Source: Gammaproteobacteria bacterium
Lineage (GTDB): Bacteria > Pseudomonadota > Gammaproteobacteria > JABABF01
Direction: 5' to 3'
NCBI GenBank assembly: GCA_965237805.1
Contig: OZ250153.1
Span: 1,024,001-1,088,000 of the forward strand
DNA length: 64,000 bases
Both the position numbers and the translations under genes were made by a program. Positions 10,651 to 20,721 of the stretch are shown one piece after another (position 1 is the stretch's first letter; every line of letters starts with the position of its first letter). The notes under the pieces are model-generated. The model worked only from the letters and a program-made list of their open reading frames with translations. It ran no database searches and was not told where the DNA came from.

Positions 10651-11979
10651 TCAGCGACGGCGAGCATCTGCGCTGCGGGCATGTGCTTCCAAGCCCTCGG
10701 CCCGCGCCAACTCGGCCGCCGTCGGTGCCAGTGCCGCCGCCGCTTGGGCTCCGCAACGCAACAACGAGCTGCGGCGCAGGAAATCGCGCACCCCCAGTAC
10801 CGATGCGTAGCGCGCCGCGCCTCCCGTCGGCAGCACATGACTCGGCCCAGCGCAGTAATCGCCCAAGACCTCGGCCGCGCTGTGCCCCAACATCACCGCG
10901 CCAGCACAACGCACTGCTGGCAACAGTCGCTCCGGGTCGGTGACACAAAGCCCCAAATGCTCGGGTGCCAAGCGATTTGCCAAGGCCACCGCCCGCTCTA
11001 AGTCGGCGACTTGAATCAAGGCACCGTGGCGGCGCAGCGACTCGGCGATGATATCCCGCCGCGGCAACTGCTCGAGCAATTGCCCGAGGCGCTTGAACAC
11101 AGCCGCAATCAGCCCGGCATCGGGACTCAATAGCAAAGCACGCGCCTCGACATCGTGTTCCGCTTGAGCACAAAGGTCCAGAGCCACCCAATCGGGATCA
11201 GCACTACCATCGGCGATGATCAGCACTTCCGAGGGACCGGCCTCGGCATCCAAACCGACATGGCCATAGACCAAACGCTTGGCGGCGGCGACATAGCGGT
11301 TGCCGGGGCCGACAATCTTGTCCACCCGAGGCACGGTCTCGGTGCCAAAAGCCAGTGCCGCCACCGCCTGCGCACCGCCGATACAAAACAGACGATCCAC
11401 CTCGGCCAAAGCGGCGGCGGCAAGCAGTAGCGGAGCGGGCTCTCCAGCCGCTGTCGGCGTGGTGACGACGATCTCGCCAACCCCCGCCACCCGAGCTGGC
11501 AAGGCCGTCATCAGCACGGTGGAGGGGTAGGCACCGCGGCCACCCGGCACATAGATGCCGACCCGCTCCAGCGGCAGCTGGCGCAGACCCGTGGCCACGC
11601 CCTCGGCATCGGCCTGCAGACTCAAGCCCTCGGCATCGGCGGCAGCGCGCTCGCGCTCGTGAAAAACGCGGATGCGGGCAGCCGCATGCTCCAGCGCCTT
11701 AGATTGCGCTGCCGGCAAGGCCGCCAAGGCCTCTTGGCAACGCGTTGCAGGCAGTTCGAGCTCGGCCACGCTGGCCGCCACCACGCCGTCGAGCTCAGCG
11801 GTGTGCTCCAGCAGGGCGGCATCGCGTCGGAGGCGCACATCGTCGACAATACGCGCCGCAATACGCGCAGCATCGGCATCGTGTACATCCGACACCGCCA
11901 GCAGAGCTGCCAAAGCGGCATCGAAATCCGCTGACGAGGCATCCAAGCGACGCACCGGCTCGACAACGACAGTCGCCAC
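10651..11979 (-). CDS. hisD: Histidinol dehydrogenase
   Basis: [54 protein letters not shown]; GTG 11979 after GAGG. Confidence 0.96.
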   Translation of the reverse strand: MATVVVEPVRRLDASSADFDAALAALLAVSDVHDADAARIAARIVDDVRLRRDAALLEHTAELDGVVAASVAELELPATRCQEALAALPAAQSKALEHAAARIRVFHERERAAADAEGLSLQADAEGVATGLRQLPLERVGIYVPGGRGAYPSTVLMTALPARVAGVGEIVVTTPTAAGEPAPLLLAAAALAEVDRLFCIGGAQAVAALAFGTETVPRVDKIVGPGNRYVAAAKRLVYGHVGLDAEAGPSEVLIIADGSADPDWVALDLCAQAEHDVEARALLLSPDAGLIAAVFKRLGQLLEQLPRRDIIAESLRRHGALIQVADLERAVALANRLAPEHLGLCVTDPERLLPAVRCAGAVMLGHSAAEVLGDYCAGPSHVLPTGGAARYASVLGVRDFLRRSSLLRCGAQAAAALAPTAAELARAEGLEAHARSADARRR

Positions 11980-11989
11980 TGTCCCGCCC

Positions 11990-12652
11990 TCAGTCGCCGG
12001 CACCGCCCACCGCCTCGGCAAGGCGCTCGCACAGGGATTCGACCGCCTCGGTATCGACGCGCAATGCCGCCTTATTGACAACCAAACGGGCGCTGACGCA
12101 AGCGATTTCCTCCACCACCTGCAGCTCGTGACGGGCCAGCGTGGCCCCGGTATCGGTGATGTCCACAATCTCGTGTACCAAGCCGCAGAGCGGCGCCAAT
12201 TCCATCGAACCGTGCAATTTGATGAGCTGCGCTTGGATGCCGCGCTCGGCATAGAAGCGGCGTGCCACCGCAATGTATTTGCTGGCCACACGGCGTAGCC
12301 CCGGCGGTGCCTGATCTACATCGACCCGCGCCGCCCGCACCAGCCGACAACGGGCGATGCCCAAGTCCAGCAGTTCACACAGCCCAGCACCGCTGTCGGC
12401 AGCGATGTGCTCAAGCAGCATATCGCTGCCGATCACTCCCAGCTGAGCAGCACCCAGCTGCACATAAGTGGCAACATCGGCTCCGCGCACCACCAGCAGG
12501 CGGTGGGCACCATCAGCGCTGTCCAGACAGAGCGCGGCACCCGTCCCGGCAGCAGGGACGGGCAGCTCCACACCCGCCGCCGCCAACAGCGGCAAGCTCT
12601 GCTCGAGCAGGCGCCCCTTCGCCACAGCCACCGTCAATGGGCGCGCCATCAC
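11990..12652 (-). CDS. hisG: ATP phosphoribosyltransferase, short form (HisZ-dependent)
   Basis: AVAKGR, DVATYV, KLHGSMELAP, IVDITDTGATL; about 220 aa. Confidence 0.93.
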   Translation of the reverse strand: MMARPLTVAVAKGRLLEQSLPLLAAAGVELPVPAAGTGAALCLDSADGAHRLLVVRGADVATYVQLGAAQLGVIGSDMLLEHIAADSGAGLCELLDLGIARCRLVRAARVDVDQAPPGLRRVASKYIAVARRFYAERGIQAQLIKLHGSMELAPLCGLVHEIVDITDTGATLARHELQVVEEIACVSARLVVNKAALRVDTEAVESLCERLAEAVGGAGD

Positions 12653-12655
12653 AGA

Positions 12656-13939
12656 TCAACCCGGGGACAGCGCATCGGGCCGACGCTGGATCTGGGCACC
12701 GAGGCGGCTCATCTTTTCCTCGATCCACTCGTAGCCGCGGTCGATGTGGTAGATGTGTTCGATCGTCGTCTCGCCAGATGCCACCAAGCCAGCGATCACC
12801 AAACTGGCCGAAGCGCGCAAATCGTTGGCCGCCACCCTGGCCCCATGGAGCACAGAGCCGCCCCGCATCCGGGCCTCATTGCCCACCACCTCGATGTCGG
12901 CACCCATGCGGCGCAGGTATTGAATATGGATGAAGCGATCCTCGAAGATGCGCTCGACGATGCGCGACGGCCCCTTGGCGATGGCGTTCATAGCTGTGAA
13001 CTGAGCCTGCATATCCGTTGGAAAGCCCGGATAGGGTGCCGTTTCGATGTCCACCGCCCGCGGCACCTGCCCGCCCATATCCAGCGCCACCCAGCGATCG
13101 CCAGTCGTCAGCTCCGCGCCGGTCTGTTCCAAATGGTGCATCACGGCTTGGATTGTGTCGACGCGGGCATTCTCGAGACGCACCGAGCCACCGGTGACAG
13201 CGGCGGCCACCAAGTAAGTGCCGGTTTCGATGCGGTCGGGCATCAAATCGTAGTCGCAGGCACTGAGGTGATCCACGCCCTCGACGGTCACCGTCGAGGT
13301 GCCGATGCCATCAATGCGCGCCCCCATCGCCTGCAGACAACGCGCCAGATCGACGACCTCCGGCTCGCAGGCCGCATTTTCGATGCGCGTCTCGCCGCGC
13401 GCCAGCACCGCCGCCATCAAAATGTTCTCGGTACCGCCCACCGTCGGGCCATCAAAGCGGATCCGAGCACCATGCAGGCCAGCCGCCGCCCGCCCGATCA
13501 CCTGCCCATCGCTCAGTTCGAAGGAAGCCCCCAAGGCTCTCAAAGCACGCAGGTGCATGTCCACAGGACGCTGGCCTATAGCACAACCGCCGGGAAGTGA
13601 CAGGCGCGCTCGCCCAAAACGCGCTAGCAATGGCCCGAGCACCAAGAAGGAGGCGCGCATGGTGTTGGCCAACGGCTCCAGCATGATGCCATCGCTGCGT
13701 ACTGCATCAGTGCGCAGTTGCAAACGGCGGTGATCATCGGCAAATTCCACAGTGGCTCCCATCGCCATCAACAACTGGTTCATGGTTGTGATATCCGCCA
13801 AATGCGGCAGATTGCCCAGCGAGATCGAATCATCGCTGAGCAGGCTCGCCGCCATGATCGGCAGGGCGGAATTTTTCGCCCCCGAGATCTTGATAGTGCC
13901 GGAAAGACGGTTGCCGCCTTGAATGATCAGGCTATCCAC
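12656..13939 (-). CDS. murA: UDP-N-acetylglucosamine 1-carboxyvinyltransferase
   Basis: SGAKNSALP, MRAS, LPGGCAIGQRP, PDRIETGT, PYPGFPTDMQAQ, DRGYE. Confidence 0.97.
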   Translation of the reverse strand: MDSLIIQGGNRLSGTIKISGAKNSALPIMAASLLSDDSISLGNLPHLADITTMNQLLMAMGATVEFADDHRRLQLRTDAVRSDGIMLEPLANTMRASFLVLGPLLARFGRARLSLPGGCAIGQRPVDMHLRALRALGASFELSDGQVIGRAAAGLHGARIRFDGPTVGGTENILMAAVLARGETRIENAACEPEVVDLARCLQAMGARIDGIGTSTVTVEGVDHLSACDYDLMPDRIETGTYLVAAAVTGGSVRLENARVDTIQAVMHHLEQTGAELTTGDRWVALDMGGQVPRAVDIETAPYPGFPTDMQAQFTAMNAIAKGPSRIVERIFEDRFIHIQYLRRMGADIEVVGNEARMRGGSVLHGARVAANDLRASASLVIAGLVASGETTIEHIYHIDRGYEWIEEKMSRLGAQIQRRPDALSPG

Positions 13940-14561
13940 GCACCCCTCCCGTCCGCGCTCCGGCTGCCACAGCATCGCCAGCCTGCAGCCAAATCCACGG
14001 CACCAATAGCAGGGTACCAAGTGTGCCGTAGAGGTGGGCGGCAACTACAACATCCATCTGCAACAAATCCGAAGTGCCGGGAGTGGCCCCGAACAGATAC
14101 TCCCACAACAGTTTGCAGGCGATCGACAACAATAGCAGCAAGCCGGTCCAATCACCCAGCTGGCGCCAACGGTAGAATCCCAGAATGGCCGCAATGCCGT
14201 GCAGGGGGCCGGAGAAACCGACGACCCAGTCCAATCCGGGGTTGAAAAAATAAAGGCCGAGACCGCAAGCGCTACTGGAAATGAGCGCCGTCAGCACCCA
14301 GATCGACACCGGCACTGCGCCTTGGGCGTAAGCGCACAGCAACAGCCAAGCCGCCAAATTCAACAGCAAGTGCCCCAGTTCGGTGTGCGCAAAATGGCCT
14401 GAGATAAGCCGCCACCACTCGCCAGCCGCGACCAAGTCGCGGCGATAAAAAAACCACTCCTGCCATTCGCTGCCAAATAGCGATGCCATCAAAACCACTG
14501 GCACCGCAACGACAAGACACTGGGCGACAAACCCTCCCCGCCAACAAATCGACTGCGGCAC
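13932..14561 (-). CDS. Rhombosortase-type rhomboid intramembrane serine protease
   Basis: GEWWRLISGHFAH..GHLLLN, VGFSGPLHG (catalytic Ser), VVVAAHLYG (catalytic His); start 14561 or 14594. Confidence 0.82.
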   Translation of the reverse strand: MPQSICWRGGFVAQCLVVAVPVVLMASLFGSEWQEWFFYRRDLVAAGEWWRLISGHFAHTELGHLLLNLAAWLLLCAYAQGAVPVSIWVLTALISSSACGLGLYFFNPGLDWVVGFSGPLHGIAAILGFYRWRQLGDWTGLLLLLSIACKLLWEYLFGATPGTSDLLQMDVVVAAHLYGTLGTLLLVPWIWLQAGDAVAAGARTGGVRG

Positions 14562-14571
14562 CGCGCTGCCC

Positions 14572-15429
14572 TCAGCGCGTGGCACCAGTGCCACGTGACG
14601 GCTTGGCCTTCTCTGCGGAACGCCCGCCGCCTGACGCCTCGGTCTGCACTGTCTCTAATTGCGACCATTTCCCGATCACCTGGTCCAGATCGCCATCATG
14701 CTCTGCTGACAAGGCGTAGAACTGGGAGCGGAACAACTTGCCGAAGTTCAATTTGTCCAAGGCGATGTTGAGCAGCTCCCAGCGTCCTTCTGCTTGGCGG
14801 CGTTGCAGGCGGTAATAAATGTGGATCGGCTCGCTACCGACGCCGGCGACCAACTGCTCGACCGTCACTTTGCCAGTGGCACTCGCCGCCTTGCCAGGCA
14901 GAGTTTCGACTGTGATATCACCCAAGCGCAGCACCGTGAGGAAGATGCCACCGTAGTTGCGCACCAACCCGACGAGGAACAGCTCGGCAAATCGGTCGAT
15001 TTGGGCGGCACGCAGCTCGAGCTCAGCAGGCGACAGTGCCGCCAAGGACTTGGCGCTACCATAGACGCCCATCACGCCGAGCGCGAAGTGGCGGAAACTC
15101 ACCATTTCGGTCATCGTCTGCGCTATTTGAGCAAAAAATATATCTTGATCGCCGCCGTCTTTGATCTGGGCGCGACTCTGTGCCAACAGGTATCCGGTGA
15201 GCTCGCGCACGACGAGCTGTGCCTCCACCGCCAAATCCGCTGCGGGCGAGGGCTTGGCCGCGACCGCCGGTTTCGCAGCTGGCGATACTTTGGTCGGGGG
15301 GTTGGCTCTATCCACCGCACGGGTAGTAGGGCTGAGGCTCAACACCACTGCCATCGCCACGGCGCACAGACCGACAGCATGGCCTCTCGCCGACCAAATT
15401 CCCTTGCCACGCAGTTGCATGCCCGCCAT
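14572..15429 (-). CDS. mlaC: MlaC/Ttg2D-like periplasmic phospholipid-binding protein
   Basis: Signal peptide; FALGVMG, QIDRFAELF..LVRNYG, WELLNI..NFGKLFRSQF, DLDQVI; position upstream of murA. Confidence 0.78.
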   Translation of the reverse strand: MAGMQLRGKGIWSARGHAVGLCAVAMAVVLSLSPTTRAVDRANPPTKVSPAAKPAVAAKPSPAADLAVEAQLVVRELTGYLLAQSRAQIKDGGDQDIFFAQIAQTMTEMVSFRHFALGVMGVYGSAKSLAALSPAELELRAAQIDRFAELFLVGLVRNYGGIFLTVLRLGDITVETLPGKAASATGKVTVEQLVAGVGSEPIHIYYRLQRRQAEGRWELLNIALDKLNFGKLFRSQFYALSAEHDGDLDQVIGKWSQLETVQTEASGGGRSAEKAKPSRGTGATR

Positions 15430-15482
15430 TATACGCACCAACCATGGCCATACCGCTAAAGTAAAATAGCTATTGCACACTC

Positions 15483-16424
15483 ATGTACATGAACATACTC
15501 ACAGCACTGGCGGGTCTCGGACTATTGATCTGGAGTGCCGAACGCCTACTCAATGCCTCATTGGGTATCGCGGCACGGCTACGGCTACCCCCTGTCGCCA
15601 TCGGTGCCACCGCCCTCGCACTGGGCACCTCCTTGCCGGAGGTGGCTGTGGCGATCAGCGCCGTATACGGCCAGCACAGCGACATCGCGGTCGGCAATGC
15701 CATCGGCTCCAATATCGCCAATATCGGGCTGGCTCTCGGTGTGACCGCGCTGTTGGTGCCGCTGTCTGTGAATGCTGCCACGCTACGGCATGTCTTACCG
15801 TTGTCGCTGTTAGCGGTTGCGGTGACCTGCGCCGTGCTGGTCGACATGCAACTCAGCCGCATCAATGGCTTCGCCTTGCTCGCCGGATTCGCATGCGCCA
15901 CTTGGCTGATGCTGAGCCCCTCCGAGCCCCCCGTGGATGCCGACGAGCACGGTGGGTGGTCGGACTGGTTGTGGTTCGCCATCGGCGTGGCCATGCTGGC
16001 CTTGGGTGCCAAGCTGTTGGTGGCCAGCAGTTCGCAGCTGGCACTGGATTTCGGCGTCAGCGAATTGGTCGTCGGTGTCAGCGCCGTGGCCATCGGCACC
16101 AGTCTGCCAGAACTCAGCACCTCGCTACACGCGGCGCGGCGCGGTCAGCACAGCATCGCCTTCGGCAATATCTTGGGTTCCAATGTGTTCAACCTGTTCG
16201 GCGTGCTCGGCTTGACGGCTGTGATGTCACCGTGGCAAGCAACCGACAATACTCTCCTTTACCGCGATATCAGCGCCTGTCTCGTGCTGAGCATGGCCAT
16301 TGCCACACTACTGTGGATACAGCAATGGCGCGGCATCGCGCCGCTGCGACTGGGGCGCTTTACAGCCATCTTGTTGTTGGGCTTCTACGCTGGCTACCTT
16401 GCAGTGCTGCTGACCCCCCACTGA
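15483..16424 (+). CDS. Calcium/sodium antiporter YrbG family
   Basis: Duplicated GTSLPE and GN(A/I)(I/L)GSN alpha repeats; precedes kdsD. Confidence 0.92.
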   Translation: MYMNILTALAGLGLLIWSAERLLNASLGIAARLRLPPVAIGATALALGTSLPEVAVAISAVYGQHSDIAVGNAIGSNIANIGLALGVTALLVPLSVNAATLRHVLPLSLLAVAVTCAVLVDMQLSRINGFALLAGFACATWLMLSPSEPPVDADEHGGWSDWLWFAIGVAMLALGAKLLVASSSQLALDFGVSELVVGVSAVAIGTSLPELSTSLHAARRGQHSIAFGNILGSNVFNLFGVLGLTAVMSPWQATDNTLLYRDISACLVLSMAIATLLWIQQWRGIAPLRLGRFTAILLLGFYAGYLAVLLTPH

Positions 16425-16429
16425 GCCGA

Positions 16430-17416
16430 ATGGTGCACACCACTAGCGACCCCGCCACGCTGGTTGAAATCGGGCGCCGCACGTTGCGCCTTGAGCGCAA
16501 TGCCATGGCGCAGCTGGAGCAACGCATCGGCGCAGACTTTGCACAGGCCTGTGAGTTGATACTGCACTGCACGGGGCGCGTCATCGTCGCCGGTATGGGA
16601 AAATCTGGACATGTGGCACGCAAAATTGCCTCCACACTGGCCAGCACTGGCACACCAGCAGCATTCCTCCATCCGGCGGAGGCCTGCCACGGCGACTTGG
16701 GTATGGTCATGTCCACTGACTTGGTCATCGCGCTGTCACAGTCCGGCAGGGCGGCGGAGCTGCTCACTGTGGCACCACTACTCAAGCGCCAGCAGATCCC
16801 CTTGATCTGCATGTCCGGCGACGGCAGCTCGCCGCTGGCCCAAGCCGCCACACTCTGGCTCGACACCAGCGTCGAGGCGGAGGCCTGCCCCTTGGATCTA
16901 GCGCCGACCGCCAGTTCCACCGTGATGTTGGCCTTGGGTGATGCCCTCGCCATCGCGCTGTTGGAGGCGCGCGGCTTCACCCGCCAAGACTTCGCTTTGG
17001 CTCACCCGGGAGGTGCCTTGGGGCGCAGACTGCTGCTCCAAGTCGACCAACTGATGCAGAGCGCCGAGAAAATGCCCCGGGTGAGCCGCAATGCCAGCTT
17101 GGCCGATGCCATCGTCGAGATGAGTGCCAAGGGGCTCGGCATGACGACCATAGTCGATGATGACGGCATGTTGCTGGGAGTGTTCACCGACGGCGACCTG
17201 CGACGCGCTTTCGACACCAACTTGGCACCGCAACAAGTGCCGATCCGCGAGCTGATGACCCCTGGCGGACGCACCATCGCCCTCGACACACTGGCGGCGA
17301 CGGCAATGGCAGAAATGGAACGCCATCGCACGACATCGCTGGTCTGCGTCGATGGCTCGGGGCGGCCAGTTGGCGTCGTCCATCTGCACGCGCTACTTAA
17401 TGCCGGTGTCGAGTGA
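16430..17416 (+). CDS. kdsD: Arabinose-5-phosphate isomerase (SIS + CBS)
   Basis: GMGKSGHVARKIASTLASTGT, HPAEACHGDLG, EACPLDLAPTASS, HPGGALG, GVFTDGDLRR. Confidence 0.96.
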   Translation: MVHTTSDPATLVEIGRRTLRLERNAMAQLEQRIGADFAQACELILHCTGRVIVAGMGKSGHVARKIASTLASTGTPAAFLHPAEACHGDLGMVMSTDLVIALSQSGRAAELLTVAPLLKRQQIPLICMSGDGSSPLAQAATLWLDTSVEAEACPLDLAPTASSTVMLALGDALAIALLEARGFTRQDFALAHPGGALGRRLLLQVDQLMQSAEKMPRVSRNASLADAIVEMSAKGLGMTTIVDDDGMLLGVFTDGDLRRAFDTNLAPQQVPIRELMTPGGRTIALDTLAATAMAEMERHRTTSLVCVDGSGRPVGVVHLHALLNAGVE

Positions 17417-17966
17417 TCGCGATGCGGCGGCGCTAGGTGCCGCCGCATCGCTGGATCGTTGCCCCCCCCAGCTGCGGCAGCGACTGGCGCGCATCCGTTT
17501 GCTGTCGCTTGATGTCGACGGCGTGCTGACCGACGGTCGCCTCTATCTCAGCGGCGATGACGAATTCAAGGCCTTTAATGCCCGTGACGGTGTTGGCATC
17601 ATGGCGGTGCGCCGCGCTGGCATCGAAGTCGCGATCTGCTCTGCCCGCCCCTCGGCCGCCACCGTCGCCCGCGCCCGCGACTTGGGCATAGAGCACCTGA
17701 GACAAGGCGATGAAGACAAGGCTCAGCTGTTGCTGGCACTGTGCCAGCAGCTGAGTATCGATCCCAGCTGCGCCATTCATATGGGTGACGACTTGGCCGA
17801 TTTGTCGGCGCTACGCTGTGCCGGGATCGGTGCCACCGTCGCCGACGCCCACCCCGCTGCACTGGCCACAGCCGAGTGGTGCAGCATGAAAAAAGGTGGT
17901 CACGGTGCCGTGCGCGAGCTGTGCGACCTGCTGCTGGCAGCCCGCGAAGCCGAGGACAAACCCTGA
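17400..17966 (+). CDS. kdsC: KDO-8-phosphate phosphatase
   Basis: LDVDGVLTDG, KAFNARDG, MGDDLAD, GGHGAVRELCD. Confidence 0.95.
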   Translation: MPVSSDRDAAALGAAASLDRCPPQLRQRLARIRLLSLDVDGVLTDGRLYLSGDDEFKAFNARDGVGIMAVRRAGIEVAICSARPSAATVARARDLGIEHLRQGDEDKAQLLLALCQQLSIDPSCAIHMGDDLADLSALRCAGIGATVADAHPAALATAEWCSMKKGGHGAVRELCDLLLAAREAEDKP

Positions 17967-19066
17967 GTCGTTTTGGCCGCACGACGCTCGGCTTGGCTTG
18001 GGTCGTTGCAATCGCCGCCGCACCCGATGCCACCAGCGCAGATGGTGTTTTCCATGGTGTGGAGCTGTTGCGCTTCAAGCATAAGCAGGGCACGGCGACG
18101 CAATTGCTCGCGCAACGTGCACGGCAGTTGCCCCGAGATGATGCGTGGCGGGTGGAGCAGCTGCAACTGCGTGGTTTGGATGCCCACGGCGCGCCTTGGC
18201 AGCTGAGTGCGGCAACTGGCGAGCTGCGCTCAGGCGACGCCCTACAGCTGCGCGGTGATGTCGTGATGGAGGGTCGCGGGCCGGACGGTGCGGCGCTGCA
18301 TCTCAACGCCCCGCAGCTACTTTTGCAACTGGAGCGGCAACACGGTAGCGGGGATGGTCTGCTGGAGTTGCGCTGGGGCAATCGTCGATTGCGCGGGTAC
18401 GGCTTTGAATTCTCCCTTGCAGAGCGGTGGCTGCAGTTGTCGCAGGATACGCAGAGTTGGATCGGAGATGCAATGGCAACGCAGCATAGCGGACATGCGC
18501 TGGAGCTGCGAGCCGACTCCGCACGCTGGGAATGGCGCCCAGCTGGGCATCTGTTGCGCTACGATGGCCGTGTGCACTATGTGGATGAAGCGCTAGAATT
18601 GCATGCGAAACAACTGTCGCTCCGACATCGAGAGGATGACGCCGCGGTCGTGCAGAGCGCCGTCGCCACTGGCGATCCGGTACATTTCCGCCACACTACC
18701 ACCGAGCTCGGCAAGGTGGTGGATGGCTATGCGCGGCACATAGAATACGATCGCCAACAACAGCGCATTGTGCTGCGCGGCGGAGCGCGTCTGCAGCACG
18801 GAAAACGCTGGCTGGAGGGAGCACGCATCGACTACCACGAAGCCACCATGCATGCCGTCGCCACCGGCACCCCAGCACGCTTCCACCACATGCCGACGGG
18901 TCATGGCAAGGTAGTAGACGGCCAAGCGCGGCGCATAGAATACGATCACCGTCTGCAACGCATCGTGCTACAAGATGCCGCTCGCCTGCGGCGCGACGAA
19001 CGCTGGCTGGAGAGCGAGCGTATCGACTACCACCTGCCCACAACCACGCCGGGTGCCGCGCCATGA
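17963..19066 (+). CDS. Fused LptC-LptA beta-jellyroll LPS transport protein with tandem-duplicated LptA module
   Basis: Only ORF between kdsC and lptB; N-half LptC-like (WQLSAATG..LQLRGDV..LRGYG); C-half LptA-like (LRADSA, YDGRV, ATGDPVHF, GYARHIEYD, IVLRGGARL, GARIDY). Start uncertain (CTG 17963 or upstream 17876). Confidence 0.78.
   Translation: MSRFGRTTLGLAWVVAIAAAPDATSADGVFHGVELLRFKHKQGTATQLLAQRARQLPRDDAWRVEQLQLRGLDAHGAPWQLSAATGELRSGDALQLRGDVVMEGRGPDGAALHLNAPQLLLQLERQHGSGDGLLELRWGNRRLRGYGFEFSLAERWLQLSQDTQSWIGDAMATQHSGHALELRADSARWEWRPAGHLLRYDGRVHYVDEALELHAKQLSLRHREDDAAVVQSAVATGDPVHFRHTTTELGKVVDGYARHIEYDRQQQRIVLRGGARLQHGKRWLEGARIDYHEATMHAVATGTPARFHHMPTGHGKVVDGQARRIEYDHRLQRIVLQDAARLRRDERWLESERIDYHLPTTTPGAAP
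18659..19033 (+). repeat. Intragenic tandem duplication, period 195 nt (65 aa)
   Basis: 18659-18838 vs 18854-19033: AVATGDPVHFRH..GKVVDGYARHIEYD..QRIVL..WLEGARIDYH vs AVATGTPARFHH..GKVVDGQARRIEYD..QRIVL..WLESERIDYH. Confidence 0.95.
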
Positions 19067-19770
19067 TTTCATTGACTGCCGACGCCCTGCACAAATCCTA
19101 TGGCAGCCATACAGCGGTGCAGGGCTTGTCGCTGCAGCTGCGCGGCGGCCAAGTCTGCGGCCTGTTCGGCCCCAACGGTGCAGGCAAGACCACCGCCTTC
19201 CAAATGATGGCGGGCCTGATCACCCCGGACAAAGGGCGGGTATTGCTCAACGACCAAGACATCACCGCTTGGCCCCTGCCCCGGCGTGCGCGCCGGGGCA
19301 TCGCCTATCTGCCGCAAGACCCTTCAGTATTCCGCGGGCTGTCGGCGCGGGATAACCTCTTGGCCGTGCTCGGCAACACGCGCCACACCCGGCGGGATGC
19401 CGACGAATTGCTGGCACGCTTCGAGCTCGATGCCCACCGCGACACGATGGGTGGCCAATTGTCCGGCGGCGAGCGGCGGCGGCTGGAAATTGCCCGCGCC
19501 ATCGCCTTGGCACCTGATTTCCTGCTGTTGGACGAGCCGCTGGCGGGTATCGACCCGATTGCGGTCGAGGGCATTAAGACCTTGATCGAGCAGTTGCGCC
19601 AAGAGCGGGGCATCGGCATCCTGATCGTCGACCACAACATTCACCAAGCGCTGGCGATGTGCGACCACAGCTGGATTCTGAACCACGGTGCCGTCATCGC
19701 CGAAGGTGATACCGACACCGTGGCGCACTCGGCAATAGTGCGCAAACGGTATCTAGGGGAGGATTTCTAG
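19063..19770 (+). CDS. lptB: LPS export ABC transporter ATPase
   Basis: GPNGAGKTT, YLPQDPSVFR, LSGGERRRLEIARA, LLDEP, YLGEDF C-terminus. Confidence 0.95.
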   Translation: MISLTADALHKSYGSHTAVQGLSLQLRGGQVCGLFGPNGAGKTTAFQMMAGLITPDKGRVLLNDQDITAWPLPRRARRGIAYLPQDPSVFRGLSARDNLLAVLGNTRHTRRDADELLARFELDAHRDTMGGQLSGGERRRLEIARAIALAPDFLLLDEPLAGIDPIAVEGIKTLIEQLRQERGIGILIVDHNIHQALAMCDHSWILNHGAVIAEGDTDTVAHSAIVRKRYLGEDF

Positions 19771-19839
19771 GGTGTCGCTTTGCCGAATGGGGCGCGCAAG
19801 CACCGGCACCATACAGCGGTTTGACCTCGCCTCGACAAC

Positions 19840-20721
19840 ATGAACGCAGAGACCGAGCCACAACTGATCATCATCAGCGGGCGCTCCGGCTCAGGCAAGA
19901 GCGTCGCCCTGCGGGTCTTGGAAGATGCAGGCTACTACTGTGTGGACAACCTACCCGCCAGCCTGCTCGACGCGCTGATCCACGCCACACTCGGCGACAG
20001 CAGCTCGCCACATCACAAAGTCGCCGTGTCGATCGATGCGCGCAATGTTGGTGAGGACACCCGCGCCATTGTCAAGCAGATCCAACACCAAAAGAAACGT
20101 TTCGCGAATATAGCGATCTATTATTTGGATGCGGCCAACGATATCTTGGTGCGACGTTTCAAAGAAACCCGTCGGCGCCATCCGCTGAGCTCGACGCGCA
20201 TCAGTCTCAAGCAGGCCATCGAATGGGAAGACTCGTTATTGGAGTCGCTGCGCGAAAATGCGTCGCTACTCATTGATACCAGCACGACCAACCTACCCGA
20301 ATTCCGCCAATCCATCATAGATCGCATTGTCAAGCAAGACGGCTTTAGCGAAATCGCCCTACGGCTGATTTCCTTTGGCTATAAAAAAGGTCTGCCGATA
20401 GATGCCGACATGGTGTTCGATGTGCGTTGCCTGCCCAACCCCTACTGGCGCGAGGCGCTACGCGAGCTCGATGGATGCGACCGCGCCGTGCAGGCTTATT
20501 TGAGCAAGAACCGTGATGTTATCAAAATGCGCAAAGGGATCGAGAGTTTCATCAGCGACTGGATCCCCGCCTTCCAGCGCGAGCATCGGCATTACCTATC
20601 CATCGCCATTGGCTGCACCGGCGGGCAGCACCGCTCGGTGTATCTGTGCGAGGCACTGGCCAAGCAATTCCGGCGTCAATTGGGCAATGTCAGCGTCCAA
20701 CACCGAGAATTGATGGGCTGA
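19840..20721 (+). CDS. rapZ: RNase adapter RapZ (YhbJ)
   Basis: SGRSGSGKS, YCVDNLP, ETRRRHPL, FDVRCLPNPYW, IGCTGGQHRSV. Confidence 0.96.
   Translation: MNAETEPQLIIISGRSGSGKSVALRVLEDAGYYCVDNLPASLLDALIHATLGDSSSPHHKVAVSIDARNVGEDTRAIVKQIQHQKKRFANIAIYYLDAANDILVRRFKETRRRHPLSSTRISLKQAIEWEDSLLESLRENASLLIDTSTTNLPEFRQSIIDRIVKQDGFSEIALRLISFGYKKGLPIDADMVFDVRCLPNPYWREALRELDGCDRAVQAYLSKNRDVIKMRKGIESFISDWIPAFQREHRHYLSIAIGCTGGQHRSVYLCEALAKQFRRQLGNVSVQHRELMG

Noticed and set aside
15473-16429. Apparent 647-aa KdsD with long N-terminal extension
   Set aside because: Extension is an off-frame read of yrbG; KdsD homology starts at ATG 16430
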